From Candidatus Obscuribacteraceae bacterium (GTDB lineage Bacteria > Cyanobacteriota > Vampirovibrionia > Obscuribacterales > Obscuribacteraceae): DNA of 64,000 nucleotides. The position numbers and the translations under genes were made by a program. Within the stretch, counting starts at the first letter, position 1, and every line of letters begins with the position of its first letter. Under the pieces are notes generated by a model that ran no database searches, was not told the DNA's origin, and worked only from the letters and a program-made list of their open reading frames with translations. Shown here one piece after another: positions 6,503-16,719 of this stretch. The stretch is taken from contig JBGAHS010000007.1 of assembly GCA_044226015.1 (NCBI GenBank), positions 352,001-416,000 on the forward strand. The letters are read 5' to 3'.

Positions 6503-6584
6503 GGAAATGAGGCGAGTGGAAGCAAGCTCGTTGCTAACGAGTCATCCAATTGGATAGCAGGTTCGAATCCTGTCATTTCCGCCA
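6503..6584 (+). tRNA. tRNA-Ser(GCT)
   Basis: GGAAATG/CATTTCC-G-CCA; GCTCG-TT GCT AA-CGAGT; variable arm ATCC-AATT-GGAT. Confidence 0.88.
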
Positions 6585-6585
6585 A

Positions 6586-6661
6586 GATCGTCTGGCAGTG
6601 AAAGTTCATGCGCTGGTCTGAAGAACCAGATATCTCGGGGCAGTACCGAGGGCGATCACCA
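6586..6661 (+). tRNA. tRNA-Phe(GAA), GGCAGTA T-loop
   Basis: GATCGTC/GGCGATC-A-CCA; CTGGT-CT GAA GA-ACCAG. Confidence 0.85.
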
Positions 6662-6663
6662 AT

Positions 6664-7683
6664 TTATTTCGGATAAAGGCGACGCAAGTTTTGCAAATCG
6701 TGAGAGCTTGGTTCGCAATTAGCCGCAAGAGTGCAAAACATTACGTCATCTGGCGATGCGCTGTGTTTCATTAACCCAAGGGCGTGTCCGATTTCGTGCA
6801 AACACAAAGCTCTAACATCTCTATTTGTCAGGCTGTTCCCTTGTCTTTTCGTGAGTAGTTTTATCTGAGCATGCGTTACACTGCCGTGACTTTTGTTGAC
6901 TACCGTTTCTCCGCCTTCGCTTGTTGAGGCTAAAGTCTTTGCATTGTCTATCCACATGCATTCTATATCGGCTGATTTGCGGTTTGATACGAATTCGAAG
7001 CTGATTACGCCAGCTTGACTCCATGTAAAAAATGCATTTTGTAAAATTACGTTGAATTCGGGTCTGAATCCCTCAATTTGATTTGCTGACTGAACAAACA
7101 CTCTGACTCGCCGCTTATTCCAATTGAAATCGCTTGTAGTTCCGACTGCGCTCAAAGCAGATTCTGCTTTCAAATGAGCGATGATGTCGCTGATGAATGA
7201 GCGATCGGTGGCGTTTGGAAATTCACTGAGGTACTCGCTGTAAAGTTCAATGGCGGTCTTGAAGTCGCCCCTGAGTTGATAGGCAGCGGCGAGTGATTGC
7301 AGTATTGCCGGTTCGTTTGGAGCCAATTTGAATGCTAGCTGCAAGTGAGGAAGCGCTTCAGCTGCCCGTCCTGTGCGATTTAGTACGAAACCTAAATTGC
7401 AGTGCGCGCATGCGAATTCTGGTTCAAACAAAATAGCTTGCCTGAGTCTTCCCTCGGCTTCTGTGAAATTGCCGGCGGTGATTAGCTCGTACGCAAGCTC
7501 ATTGAGTTCGACTGCATAGGTGTCGTTCTCTTTCTGGTTCGAACGAAATCCTAAAGAAGAGATAGGGCTGCCGACAAATAGAGGATTCGATTCGCCGTAT
7601 GGTGCTGGTAGCACGGCCGGTGGCATCATTAATAAAACCTGGCAAGCCAAAGCTATCGCCGCACGTGCTGTAAATGCCCGCAA
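6664..7683 (-). CDS. Secreted TPR-repeat matrixin-family (M10-like) metalloprotease
   Basis: Signal-like N-terminus, 3 TPR-like repeats, HEIGHALGLMKH zinc motif and DVMF Met-turn. Confidence 0.85.
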   Translation of the reverse strand: MRAFTARAAIALACQVLLMMPPAVLPAPYGESNPLFVGSPISSLGFRSNQKENDTYAVELNELAYELITAGNFTEAEGRLRQAILFEPEFACAHCNLGFVLNRTGRAAEALPHLQLAFKLAPNEPAILQSLAAAYQLRGDFKTAIELYSEYLSEFPNATDRSFISDIIAHLKAESALSAVGTTSDFNWNKRRVRVFVQSANQIEGFRPEFNVILQNAFFTWSQAGVISFEFVSNRKSADIECMWIDNAKTLASTSEGGETVVNKSHGSVTHAQIKLLTKRQGNSLTNRDVRALCLHEIGHALGLMKHSASPDDVMFCTLAANCEPSSHDLQNLRRLYPK

Positions 7684-7938
7684 ATCTGATTACCAATTAA
7701 CCCAAGCTTCATTACTATACACTCATACACTTTAGTATGACAAGTTCAGGTTTTTGTACATTCTACATCTTCTGTATTTTCATTCCGTCTTTGTTTTGGG
7801 TGCTTGAAAACGTTTTCTACACCCGCTTTCAAAGATTAGATTTGATGACGCGGGATTAATTTTGCGATATTGGAAATGCGCTGTTGCTGACAACCGTAGT
7901 GGTATCAGATAAGGTGTCAGGGAAAATTCCTTTCTAAA

Positions 7939-8832
7939 TCATGCTTTGAACATTTTTCTTAGCCAGTTATGCATGGGATTGCTTTGATTTCGAACGTGCC
8001 AATAAAGATAAATCGGAAAGCTGGGTGCTTTGAAGGGTAGTTCTCTTGCTGTAAATTGTGCTTGAGTGGCGAGTTGCATACCAAGTTTGCGAGGCAGGGT
8101 TGCAATAAGATCTGATTCTGCCACCACGAACGATGCCGCGAGAAAATGCGGCACCTTTACTATCACATTCCGCTGCTTGCCCATCTCCGCCAATGTCGCA
8201 TCAATGCGCCCAGTCTTTGAGTCAGCAAAGGAGACTGCGCAATGCTTCAGTTCAAGATAGCGCTCTAAGCTCAGCTCTTCCTCTGCCGCGGGATGCGTTG
8301 ATGCCAGCACTGCAATGAAGTTATCTTTCAGAACTGTTGCTCGATGTAGAATCGCAGATTGCTTTTCCGTTCCAGACAGAACGAAATCGACTTCATGTTG
8401 TTCCAGCGGAGATAGGTCATCGCCTTCAAGAGGAACTACTCGGAGTGTTAGTTTGGGCGCTTCAACCGTAATTTTTTTTATTATGTCTGGCAAAATGGCA
8501 ACCATTTCGTAGTCGCGAGTCGCAATCAAAACCTCTCCTTGCATCTGCGCCGGTTCGACAGTCGGGTCGGTTATTAGATGACTGATTTCATTCAATATAG
8601 ATTGCAGGGGTTGATGCAAGCCGCTAGCCCTGGCTGTTAGTGTCATTCCTCTGGAACCCTTGACCAAAAGCGGGTCTTTGAACATCACTCTTAAACGACT
8701 CAAAGCCCTGCTCATTGCAGGCTGGCTCAGTCCGATTTTGTCAGCCGCTCGGCTCACATGTTGCTCGTCTAACAGAGCTTTCAGGGCGATAAGCAGGTTG
8801 AGGTCTAGAGACTCGATATTCACTTCGCGCAT
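7939..8832 (-). CDS. LysR-family transcriptional regulator (NodD/DntR-like)
   Basis: MREVNIESLDLNLLIALKALLDEQHVSRAADKIGLSQPAMSRALSRLR; start reset to ATG 8832. Confidence 0.93.
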   Translation of the reverse strand: MREVNIESLDLNLLIALKALLDEQHVSRAADKIGLSQPAMSRALSRLRVMFKDPLLVKGSRGMTLTARASGLHQPLQSILNEISHLITDPTVEPAQMQGEVLIATRDYEMVAILPDIIKKITVEAPKLTLRVVPLEGDDLSPLEQHEVDFVLSGTEKQSAILHRATVLKDNFIAVLASTHPAAEEELSLERYLELKHCAVSFADSKTGRIDATLAEMGKQRNVIVKVPHFLAASFVVAESDLIATLPRKLGMQLATQAQFTARELPFKAPSFPIYLYWHVRNQSNPMHNWLRKMFKA

Positions 8833-8849
8833 AGACAGAATATAAATTA

Positions 8850-8866
8850 TGCATTGGACGAATGCA
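8850..8866. promoter_or_regulatory. Putative LysR operator
   Basis: TGCATT-N5-AATGCA dyad containing T-N11-A, lying between the divergent lysR and hydratase genes. Confidence 0.5.
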
Positions 8867-8953
8867 AGGGTTTCTTTTACCTTAATCCAAGTAAGCAACC
8901 AAATACCTGGCGACTTGCTCAATAAGCTTGATTGCATCCGATGGAGGACACCA

Positions 8954-9763
8954 ATGAAAACACTTAGAAAACCATCACTGGTATCAAGCAAGACAAATGG
9001 TTGCATCCTCAAAGTCGAATTGAACAGAACTGAGAGTGTTAACGCCTTAAATCCCGAGTTGATAGCTGAGCTCATCGATGTATTTTGCGTGCAAGCTAAA
9101 AGACCGGGATTGCGTTTGATTTATCTTTCTGGGGCTGGAACATCCTTCTGCTCTGGCTTAGATCTAGCCTGGATGAAGGCAAGCAAAGAACTGAGCGACC
9201 AGGAGAATTTTTTTGATACTGATCGTTTGTATCAGTTGTTTTTAGCTATGCAAAGTTGTCCTATACCTATTTTTACCCACGTTCGTGGTGTCGTATTTGG
9301 TGCCGGCGTTGGCTTAGCTGCTAGTTCAGATGTAGTTGTAGCAGAACCGAACTCCAGATTCGCTTTGACTGAAACACGATATGGTCTTGTACCTGCCATT
9401 ATGCTTCCAGTCGTCATTGAGAAATTGGGAAAAAGTCGAACCAGAGAACTTTTGACTACAGGGCGCGAATTCGATGTAAATGAAGCCGAAAAGTTCGGTT
9501 TGGTTCATTTCATAATTGAAGCTAATGAGGGCGAAGAAAAGATTTGCGAACTGATTGATAAGATTCTTTCTTGTGCACCAGAAGCAGTTGTAGAAAGCCG
9601 TCAGCTGATTCAGGAAATTCGAGACTTGCCTTTCGAAGCCGCGCGTCATGAACTGGTAAGCTCATTATCTCGTAAGCGAACAAGCCCAGAAGCGCAGGAG
9701 GGACTTCTCGCTGTCTTCGAGAATCGCGAGGCTTCTTGGGTTTTGGCGGAATGGTCTTTGTGA
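8954..9763 (+). CDS. Enoyl-CoA hydratase/crotonase family (methylglutaconyl-CoA hydratase-like)
   Basis: FCSGLDLAWM, GAGVGL and ETRYGLVP motifs; GGAGG SD before ATG 8954. Confidence 0.88.
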   Translation: MKTLRKPSLVSSKTNGCILKVELNRTESVNALNPELIAELIDVFCVQAKRPGLRLIYLSGAGTSFCSGLDLAWMKASKELSDQENFFDTDRLYQLFLAMQSCPIPIFTHVRGVVFGAGVGLAASSDVVVAEPNSRFALTETRYGLVPAIMLPVVIEKLGKSRTRELLTTGREFDVNEAEKFGLVHFIIEANEGEEKICELIDKILSCAPEAVVESRQLIQEIRDLPFEAARHELVSSLSRKRTSPEAQEGLLAVFENREASWVLAEWSL

Positions 9764-9874
9764 CAATCGTACGCTAAGAATGACAGCTTGGAATCTCAAA
9801 GGGTTCTTATGTGATTTCTGCGATAATATCGGTCAGCTTTGCGCTGATCTGGTCACCATCCGCTGAGATTCAAA

Positions 9875-12472
9875 ATGAGTGAGCGAACTAAAAAGTCCAA
9901 GGAAGCAATTTCGGAACCCTCTGGCAAAAAATCTGCTGAAAAGCAAATTACTTCTCTGGACAAGGAGATTCATCAGCAACGTGAAACAGAGAGTCAGTTC
10001 ATTTCTGTTAGAGGTGCGCAGCAGCATAACCTGCGGAATATAGACGTTCTGATACCTCGAAATTCTTTTGTTGTTTTTACTGGAGTTTCTGGTTCTGGAA
10101 AGTCGTCACTTGCCTTTGGCACAATTTACGCTGAAGCTCAAAGACGCTATTTTGAGTCGATTGCTCCGTATGCTCGCCGCCTGTTGGAGCAGCTGCCAGC
10201 TCCGCGTGTTACTGAAATTTCTGGCTTGCCACCAGCAGTAGCGCTGCAGCAGAGGCGTGGAGAACCAACAGTTCGCTCTACTGTAGGAACTCTTACAACC
10301 CTGTCTAACTCATTGCGTATGCTGTTCTCGCGTGCTGGCACTTATCCTTCCCATATTACTGAAAAGGTTGATTCGGATATATTCTCTGCTAACACGCCAG
10401 CAGGAGCCTGCCCTGCCTGCCACGGTGTCGGTCTTGTGCATGATGTAACAGAGCAATCTTTAGTACCCGACCCGAATTTAAGTATAAGGCAGCAAGCTGT
10501 TGCCGCATGGCCCGGCGCCTGGCAGGGCAAGAATTATCGCGATATTCTTGCAGTGCTCGGATACGACATCGATAAGCCCTGGAAAGACCTTGCGCAAAAA
10601 GATCGCGACTGGATTTTGTTTACTGAAGAAAAACCAGTTGTGACGGTTTATGCTGAAAGGGAAGCTCACCGTATTCAACGCCCTTATCAGGGCACTTATA
10701 TGAGTGCCGCGTCTTACGTCCGCCACACATTTACCACTACAGGTAGTGCTACGTTAAGGAAGCGCGTCACTCAGTTTATGGAGTCGCGAGCCTGTCCTGA
10801 ATGCAAGGGGAAGAGGCTGAAAAAAGATGCTCTTTCTATAAAATTTGCTGGTTACGACATTGCAGATTTGCAGGAGATGCCTCTGGCGAGTCTTGCTCAG
10901 GTACTGCGAAGTGCAACTGAATTGAGTAGCGGCTCAACGCCATGGTCGAGTGACACGCACGAAATAGCAGAAATGATCGTTAATGACTTGCTGGAAAGAA
11001 TACAGCTGCTTACAGATCTCGGTTTAGATTATCTGGCGATGAACCGCACGACTCCCACCTTATCTGCAGGAGAGCTGCAACGTCTTCGCTTAACAACGCA
11101 ACTTCGTTCAGGGTTATTCGGTGTTGTGTACGTGCTAGACGAGCCGTCGGCCGGACTTCATCCGGCTGACAGTTTGGCGCTTATGAAGATGTTGCAAAAT
11201 CTAAAAGAAGGTGGCAATTCACTCATTCTTGTTGAGCATGAGATGGAATTGGTGCGCAAGGCAGATTGGATAATTGATATTGGTCCAGGAGCCGGCGAAC
11301 AGGGAGGGAAACTTTTGTATTCGGGCTTGCCTGATGGTCTGCGAGCAGTTGCAGATTCCAAAACAAGAGAGTATCTATTTCCTGAGAAAGGAAAACGAAA
11401 ATACAGGACACGCTCTCCAAAGGCATTTCTGAAATTGCATGGTGTGAAACGGCACAATCTCAATGAGCTTGATGTTGAATTTCCTTTAGGAGTGTTCACT
11501 GCTGTGACTGGGGTTTCTGGTGCAGGAAAGTCATCTCTTGTTAGCCATGTCTTGTATGACAGTGTTGCTTCACAGCTTGGAGTTGTTGAAGAAGATGATG
11601 AAACTAGTGCTCATGCAAATGAGGGTTTTCAACCCGATGATACCGCATCTAGTACTGTAAGAAAAATAGATGGAATGGATACGATCAAGAGATTAGTTCG
11701 CGTGGACCAGAGACCGATAGGACGAACACCTCGATCAAATCTGGCGACTTATACTGGTTTCTTTGATAACATTCGCCAGAAATTTGCCTCAACAGATGAG
11801 GCTAAAAAGCGTTCTTATAATGCAGGACGATTTTCCTTCAACGTTGCCGGGGGCAGGTGTGCAACATGTGAAGGCGAAGGTTTTGTTGCTGTTGAACTTT
11901 TATTTCTGCCGAGTGTTTATACGCGATGTTCAAGCTGTCATGGCACAAGATATAACGAGCAAACTCTGGAAATCAAATATCGAGGAGTTACTATCGCTGA
12001 AGTTCTTGAAATGACGGTGGACAAAGCTGCTGAGTTTTTTGTTGAAATAGCAGCAGTTGCGAGGGCTCTAAAGACTTTGCAAGATGTAGGTTTGGGATAC
12101 CTACGTCTTGGTCAGCCAGCAACCGAATTGTCGGGTGGCGAAGCTCAGAGAATAAAACTAGCCACAGAACTTCAGCGTGTGCAAAAAGGGAACACTCTTT
12201 ATATTCTGGATGAGCCCACGACTGGGCTTCATCCAGCAGATGTCGAGCTGTTGTTATCACAGCTACACGAATTGGTTGAAGCAGGCAATACGGTAATTGT
12301 TGTTGAGCATGACATGGATGTGATTAGCAACGCTGACTGGATTCTTGATATGGGTCCCGGTCCAGGTGCTGATGGTGGAAGAATTGTCGCCTGCGGACCG
12401 CCAGCAACTATTATCAAGTCCAGAGACAGCAGAACCGCTCCATTTCTAAAGGACAAGTTTGTATTTAATTAA
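9875..12472 (+). CDS. uvrA: UvrA-like ABC ATPase (class II UvrA2/DrrC type)
   Basis: Two Walker A motifs ([16 protein letters not shown]), LSAGE/LSGGE signatures, CxxC zinc fingers; 865 aa with no UvrB-binding insertion. Confidence 0.92.
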   Translation: MSERTKKSKEAISEPSGKKSAEKQITSLDKEIHQQRETESQFISVRGAQQHNLRNIDVLIPRNSFVVFTGVSGSGKSSLAFGTIYAEAQRRYFESIAPYARRLLEQLPAPRVTEISGLPPAVALQQRRGEPTVRSTVGTLTTLSNSLRMLFSRAGTYPSHITEKVDSDIFSANTPAGACPACHGVGLVHDVTEQSLVPDPNLSIRQQAVAAWPGAWQGKNYRDILAVLGYDIDKPWKDLAQKDRDWILFTEEKPVVTVYAEREAHRIQRPYQGTYMSAASYVRHTFTTTGSATLRKRVTQFMESRACPECKGKRLKKDALSIKFAGYDIADLQEMPLASLAQVLRSATELSSGSTPWSSDTHEIAEMIVNDLLERIQLLTDLGLDYLAMNRTTPTLSAGELQRLRLTTQLRSGLFGVVYVLDEPSAGLHPADSLALMKMLQNLKEGGNSLILVEHEMELVRKADWIIDIGPGAGEQGGKLLYSGLPDGLRAVADSKTREYLFPEKGKRKYRTRSPKAFLKLHGVKRHNLNELDVEFPLGVFTAVTGVSGAGKSSLVSHVLYDSVASQLGVVEEDDETSAHANEGFQPDDTASSTVRKIDGMDTIKRLVRVDQRPIGRTPRSNLATYTGFFDNIRQKFASTDEAKKRSYNAGRFSFNVAGGRCATCEGEGFVAVELLFLPSVYTRCSSCHGTRYNEQTLEIKYRGVTIAEVLEMTVDKAAEFFVEIAAVARALKTLQDVGLGYLRLGQPATELSGGEAQRIKLATELQRVQKGNTLYILDEPTTGLHPADVELLLSQLHELVEAGNTVIVVEHDMDVISNADWILDMGPGPGADGGRIVACGPPATIIKSRDSRTAPFLKDKFVFN

Positions 12473-12586
12473 GTGTCAATTCGGTTTGAAATAGTCCGAT
12501 TGGTTGATCGCCAACCATTCTTTCGGGTGGAGAATTCAATTCCTTGCTGGTGCTACATTGGGCTTCATTAGCATCGGAGGATCTTT

Positions 12587-14245
12587 ATGAGTATGTTTTG
12601 TTACCAGTGCGAGCAAACCTCGCAGTGTACGGGCTGCACAACCATGGGTATTTGTGGAAAAACTCCGGAAACTGCTGTTTTGCAAGACGTAATGGTTTAT
12701 CTCGCAAAGGGTATTTCTCAATATGCTGACCGCTGCAGAGGATTTGGTGTCGTTGATAAAGAGATCAACGAACTAACTCTGGAGTCATTGTTTATGACTT
12801 TGACCAACGTCAATTTTGATGAAACGGAGCATGTGTCGTATATCAACGAAAAAATGATTCCCGCTCTGGAGAAAGCTCGCAACCTATATTTGAGCACTTG
12901 CAAAGAAAAAGGTGTAAGTCCTGAGCAAGTGCTCGGACCTGGTGAGTGGTCGGGCAAGAAGACAGCAAAAGAGCTGGGTGAATTTGGGGCAGCGATTGGT
13001 ATTTTGCAGAGAGCCAGAAGTTCTTCTGAAGATATCATTTCTTTGCAAGAACTCCTTACCTACGGCGTAAAAGGATTGGCTGCATATGCGCATCACGCAC
13101 AGCTTCTCGGTTTTGTGGATGAGCAAATTTACGCTTTCGTACACAAGTCATTTAATTACCTGACTAAGTCCGAACAAACAATTGATGGATTATTGCAACT
13201 CTGCTTAGAAGCAGGCAAAGTAAACTTTGTAGTCATGGAGCTTCTGGATAAGGCTCATACAGAGTCTTTCGGAAACCCTGAACCAGGATCGGTGCGCACG
13301 ACACCAGTAAAAGGAAAGTGCATTTTGGTTTCTGGTCACGATTTGAAATCACTATATGAATTACTGAAGCAGACCGAAGGTAAGGGCGTAAACGTTTATA
13401 CCCACGGTGAATTGCTGCCAGCTCATGGCTATCCTGGTCTCAAGAAATTCAAACATCTTGTGGGTAATTATGGTACTGCATGGCAAAATCAAGTCAAGGA
13501 ATTTGAACAATTCCCAGGCTCGATCGTGATGACAACTAACTGTTTGAAGCCGCCAGCAGAATCCTACATTGGACGATTGTTCACAATGGATGTTGTCGGT
13601 TGGTTGGATGTGCCAAAAGTTCAAAACTATGATTTCACTTCTGTGATCGAATCGGCCCTGGCTCAGCCAGGATTCACTGCTGATGAAGCTGCTCATGAGA
13701 TTACAGTTGGCTTTGGACATAATGCAGTTTTGGGCGTCGCTGCTAAGGTAATTGAACTTGTGAAGGCCGGCAAAATAAGCCATTTCTACCTCATTGGTGG
13801 CTGTGACGGTGCTGAATTCACGCGCAATTACTTCACCGAATTTGCAGAAGAAGTACCAGCCGATGGTGTCATTCTGACACTGGGCTGCGGCAAGTATCGA
13901 TTCAATACTCATGATTTTGGAGCAATTGATGGCATTCCGCGCTTGCTTGATATTGGCCAGTGTAATGACACCTATTCTGCTATCAAAATTGCATCGGCTC
14001 TAGCTGACGCGTTTGGATGTGGCATAAACGAATTGCCACTTTCATTGATCATTTCTTGGTTTGAACAAAAGGCAGTCGCAGTGCTGCTTACGCTACTCTA
14101 TCTCGGGGTGAAAAATATCAGGCTAGGTCCAAATCTTCCTGCCTTTGTAAGTCCAAACGTATTGAAAGTACTGGTAGATACTTATGGACTCAAGCCGACA
14201 GGAAGCCCCAAAGCCGATCACGAGGCTATCTTGCAGAAGGCATAA
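12587..14245 (+). CDS. hcp: Hydroxylamine reductase / hybrid cluster protein
   Basis: MFCYQCEQT..CTGCT..GICGK cubane motif; GGCDG and DIGQCND motifs. Confidence 0.97.
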   Translation: MSMFCYQCEQTSQCTGCTTMGICGKTPETAVLQDVMVYLAKGISQYADRCRGFGVVDKEINELTLESLFMTLTNVNFDETEHVSYINEKMIPALEKARNLYLSTCKEKGVSPEQVLGPGEWSGKKTAKELGEFGAAIGILQRARSSSEDIISLQELLTYGVKGLAAYAHHAQLLGFVDEQIYAFVHKSFNYLTKSEQTIDGLLQLCLEAGKVNFVVMELLDKAHTESFGNPEPGSVRTTPVKGKCILVSGHDLKSLYELLKQTEGKGVNVYTHGELLPAHGYPGLKKFKHLVGNYGTAWQNQVKEFEQFPGSIVMTTNCLKPPAESYIGRLFTMDVVGWLDVPKVQNYDFTSVIESALAQPGFTADEAAHEITVGFGHNAVLGVAAKVIELVKAGKISHFYLIGGCDGAEFTRNYFTEFAEEVPADGVILTLGCGKYRFNTHDFGAIDGIPRLLDIGQCNDTYSAIKIASALADAFGCGINELPLSLIISWFEQKAVAVLLTLLYLGVKNIRLGPNLPAFVSPNVLKVLVDTYGLKPTGSPKADHEAILQKA

Positions 14246-14336
14246 GCAAGAAAATATTTTGCTGAAATCCTGTTAATGGATGCCAGAATTAGCTTCCCTG
14301 AGTTCAAATTTCCGAAAAATGAGAATTCTTGAATGG

Positions 14337-14370
14337 ACTGCCAGCCCGCAAGGGCTGGCAGTTCTACGTT
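14337..14370 (+). terminator. Strong hairpin, probable hcp terminator
   Basis: ACTGCCAGCCC-GCAA-GGGCTGGCAGT followed by TCTACGTTTT. Confidence 0.5.
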
Positions 14371-14461
14371 TTGGGTCTCGCTTGGGTGGTGACATTCCCA
14401 TTGACCCCTTCGCCCCCCGCGACTGTAATGGTGTGGGAGCCCGAGCCATAAAGGACAAGCC

Positions 14462-16672
14462 ATGGTTGATGACAGATTCGGAGAAGTCTCCAAACGATTA
14501 CTCAGTCCAGACCCTGCGCCTGATAGCCTGGTGGCCCGTGCTGGTCTTCTGACCGTAAAGGGCTTGCAGGAAGTTCCTCGAGGTATGTTGCACGCTGTCC
14601 AAGCTGACCTGGAACATCCTGTCCAGACTGCTGGAATGGTGCTTGGAGCCGCAGCCATTGGCGCTGCTGTTAAAACCTTTCTGCCCAAAATGGGAAACTA
14701 TGGCAAGTTCGCTGGACTGGCTGTTGGCACTCTCCTTACATATCGCGCTGCAGAGCCTGTTTTTGACTCATACAAAATTGCATTAAATGCAAAATCTATG
14801 AATGATATAGATGCAGGGGCGAAAGTCTTCGGCGACTTCACTGGCTCATTTCTCGTTAACAACGCAATCTCGTATGGCGCGTACAGACTCGGTGGCTATG
14901 GGGCTCAGCGCATGTGGGGAGCCGGCTCACCTGGTTTGAGACCACTTGAAGTAGCTGATCCGAATGTTCCCCCCATTAAACCGAGATGGCAAACAGTTGT
15001 GGCTGGTAGCCTACCAACTGCATTTAGCATAAGCTCAGCCAGCTCAACATCTATGAGCTTTGAACAGCGCCTTGCTGGTGTTGAGAAATTTGTGCCATCG
15101 GAAAGAAATCGTCCTGATGCAGATCTTGCTGGTCCTATTGATGGAAACAGCATTATGGACATTACTGTGCAGCTGAAATCGAAAGCAAGCGACGAGGAAA
15201 TGGAAAGAGTTCTCCGAGACATTTCTCTTGGAAAACGTCCGAACATGACTGACAAAGAGTTCGCTGAAAAGTTCGGTGCGTCACAAGAATCGCTCGATCA
15301 GGTGCGCCGATTTGCGGAAGCTTATCATTTGAAAGTTACTGAGTCTGATCTTCGTTCCGGAAAAGTTGTTTTGTCGGGGAAAGCGTCGGATGTAGCTGAT
15401 GCGTTCAAGACGGACATAAATGACTACAAGGGTGATGATGGCTCTCGTTTTCATGACAGAGCGGGTGCACTTTTTGTACCCAAGACTGTAAGCAAGAATA
15501 TAGAAGGAGTTTTTGGAATCGACCAGCGCCCTCAGGCACGTCCATTAGGGGGGGACTCCGACCCAAAAGCACCAGGTGAAAGTGCCGTAAGTGACGACCA
15601 AAAGTCGTTCAGACCTGATGAGATTGCAAACTTCTACAACTTTCCGAAAGGTCTAACAGGGAAGGGTCAAGGTATTGCGATCATCCAGCTGGGTGGCGGC
15701 GTTCGCATGGAAAATGAGGAAGCTTATTACAAGGAAAATGGACTCAAAGTACCCGACATAACTGTCCTTGAGTTGAACGGAGCCAAGAATAAGCCTGGTG
15801 CAGATCAGCGCGCAGACAAAGAAGTCTCACTTGATTCACAGGTCGTGGGTAGTGTCGCCCCAGATGCCAAACAGACTCTCATTTTCACAAAAAACAGCGA
15901 GCAAGGTTTCATTGACGCAATCGCTCGTGCATCTTTTCCAATTGATAAGGACAATATCAATCAGGTCGTTAGCATTAGCTGGGGCCAGCCTATTGACGAT
16001 TGGTCAGCTCAAGGCAAGCGTGGTATGAATCTTGCGCTCAAAAAGGCAGCTCTCCGTGGTGTATCAGTCTTTGCTGCCTCCGGTGATGATGGAGCTGTAG
16101 ATAGACCGGGAAAAGGTCCTCTGACTGTAGATTATCCAGCAGCGGATCCTTTCGTTACGGGGGTTGGTGGCACACGTCTGACAATTAAAGATGGAAAGGT
16201 TGAATCAGAAGTTGTTTGGAACGACAAGAATGGTGCAGGTGGTGGTGGAATCAGCACTGATGATGTTCCTGAGTATCAGAAGAATCTAAAATTCCCTACA
16301 CTAGCGCCTGACGCTAAGCCCGGTCGTGGTGTGCCTGATATTTCTGCTAACTCTAGTGCGTCGGTTGGCTACAAAATCAGAGTTAGAGGTCAGAATGACA
16401 TCGCAGGTGGTACCAGTGCCGCAGCACCTCTTTATGCAGCTCTTGTGGCTCGAATAAACGAAGGGCTTGCTCCTTCTGAGAGAACCGTAGGGTTTATGAA
16501 TCCCTTTCTTTACGAACAAGGGCTTTCTGGCAAAGCTTTATTTTTCAGAGATATCACGACAGGTCACAACAACGGTTATCAAGCTACTGTGGGCTGGGAT
16601 GCAGCTTCTGGCTGGGGCTCTGTGGACGGTGAAAAATTGCTGCAAGCATATAAGGACAGAAACAAGAGCTAG
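14462..16672 (+). CDS. S53 (kumamolisin/sedolisin) peptidase with prodomain and hydrophobic N-terminal extension
   Basis: EVSLD (E-x3-D), SISWG, ASGDDG, GRGVPDI, GGTSA and GWDAASGWG motifs. Confidence 0.92.
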   Translation: MVDDRFGEVSKRLLSPDPAPDSLVARAGLLTVKGLQEVPRGMLHAVQADLEHPVQTAGMVLGAAAIGAAVKTFLPKMGNYGKFAGLAVGTLLTYRAAEPVFDSYKIALNAKSMNDIDAGAKVFGDFTGSFLVNNAISYGAYRLGGYGAQRMWGAGSPGLRPLEVADPNVPPIKPRWQTVVAGSLPTAFSISSASSTSMSFEQRLAGVEKFVPSERNRPDADLAGPIDGNSIMDITVQLKSKASDEEMERVLRDISLGKRPNMTDKEFAEKFGASQESLDQVRRFAEAYHLKVTESDLRSGKVVLSGKASDVADAFKTDINDYKGDDGSRFHDRAGALFVPKTVSKNIEGVFGIDQRPQARPLGGDSDPKAPGESAVSDDQKSFRPDEIANFYNFPKGLTGKGQGIAIIQLGGGVRMENEEAYYKENGLKVPDITVLELNGAKNKPGADQRADKEVSLDSQVVGSVAPDAKQTLIFTKNSEQGFIDAIARASFPIDKDNINQVVSISWGQPIDDWSAQGKRGMNLALKKAALRGVSVFAASGDDGAVDRPGKGPLTVDYPAADPFVTGVGGTRLTIKDGKVESEVVWNDKNGAGGGGISTDDVPEYQKNLKFPTLAPDAKPGRGVPDISANSSASVGYKIRVRGQNDIAGGTSAAAPLYAALVARINEGLAPSERTVGFMNPFLYEQGLSGKALFFRDITTGHNNGYQATVGWDAASGWGSVDGEKLLQAYKDRNKS

Positions 16673-16719
16673 TCTCGCTTGAGCTCGTTGATTTACGGCT
16701 GCCAATTGATCTGTTAGTA

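Noticed and set aside
2400..6700. Prophage or integrative element carrying the tRNA array
   Set aside because: No integrase, transposase, phage gene or att-like duplication is visible in the window.
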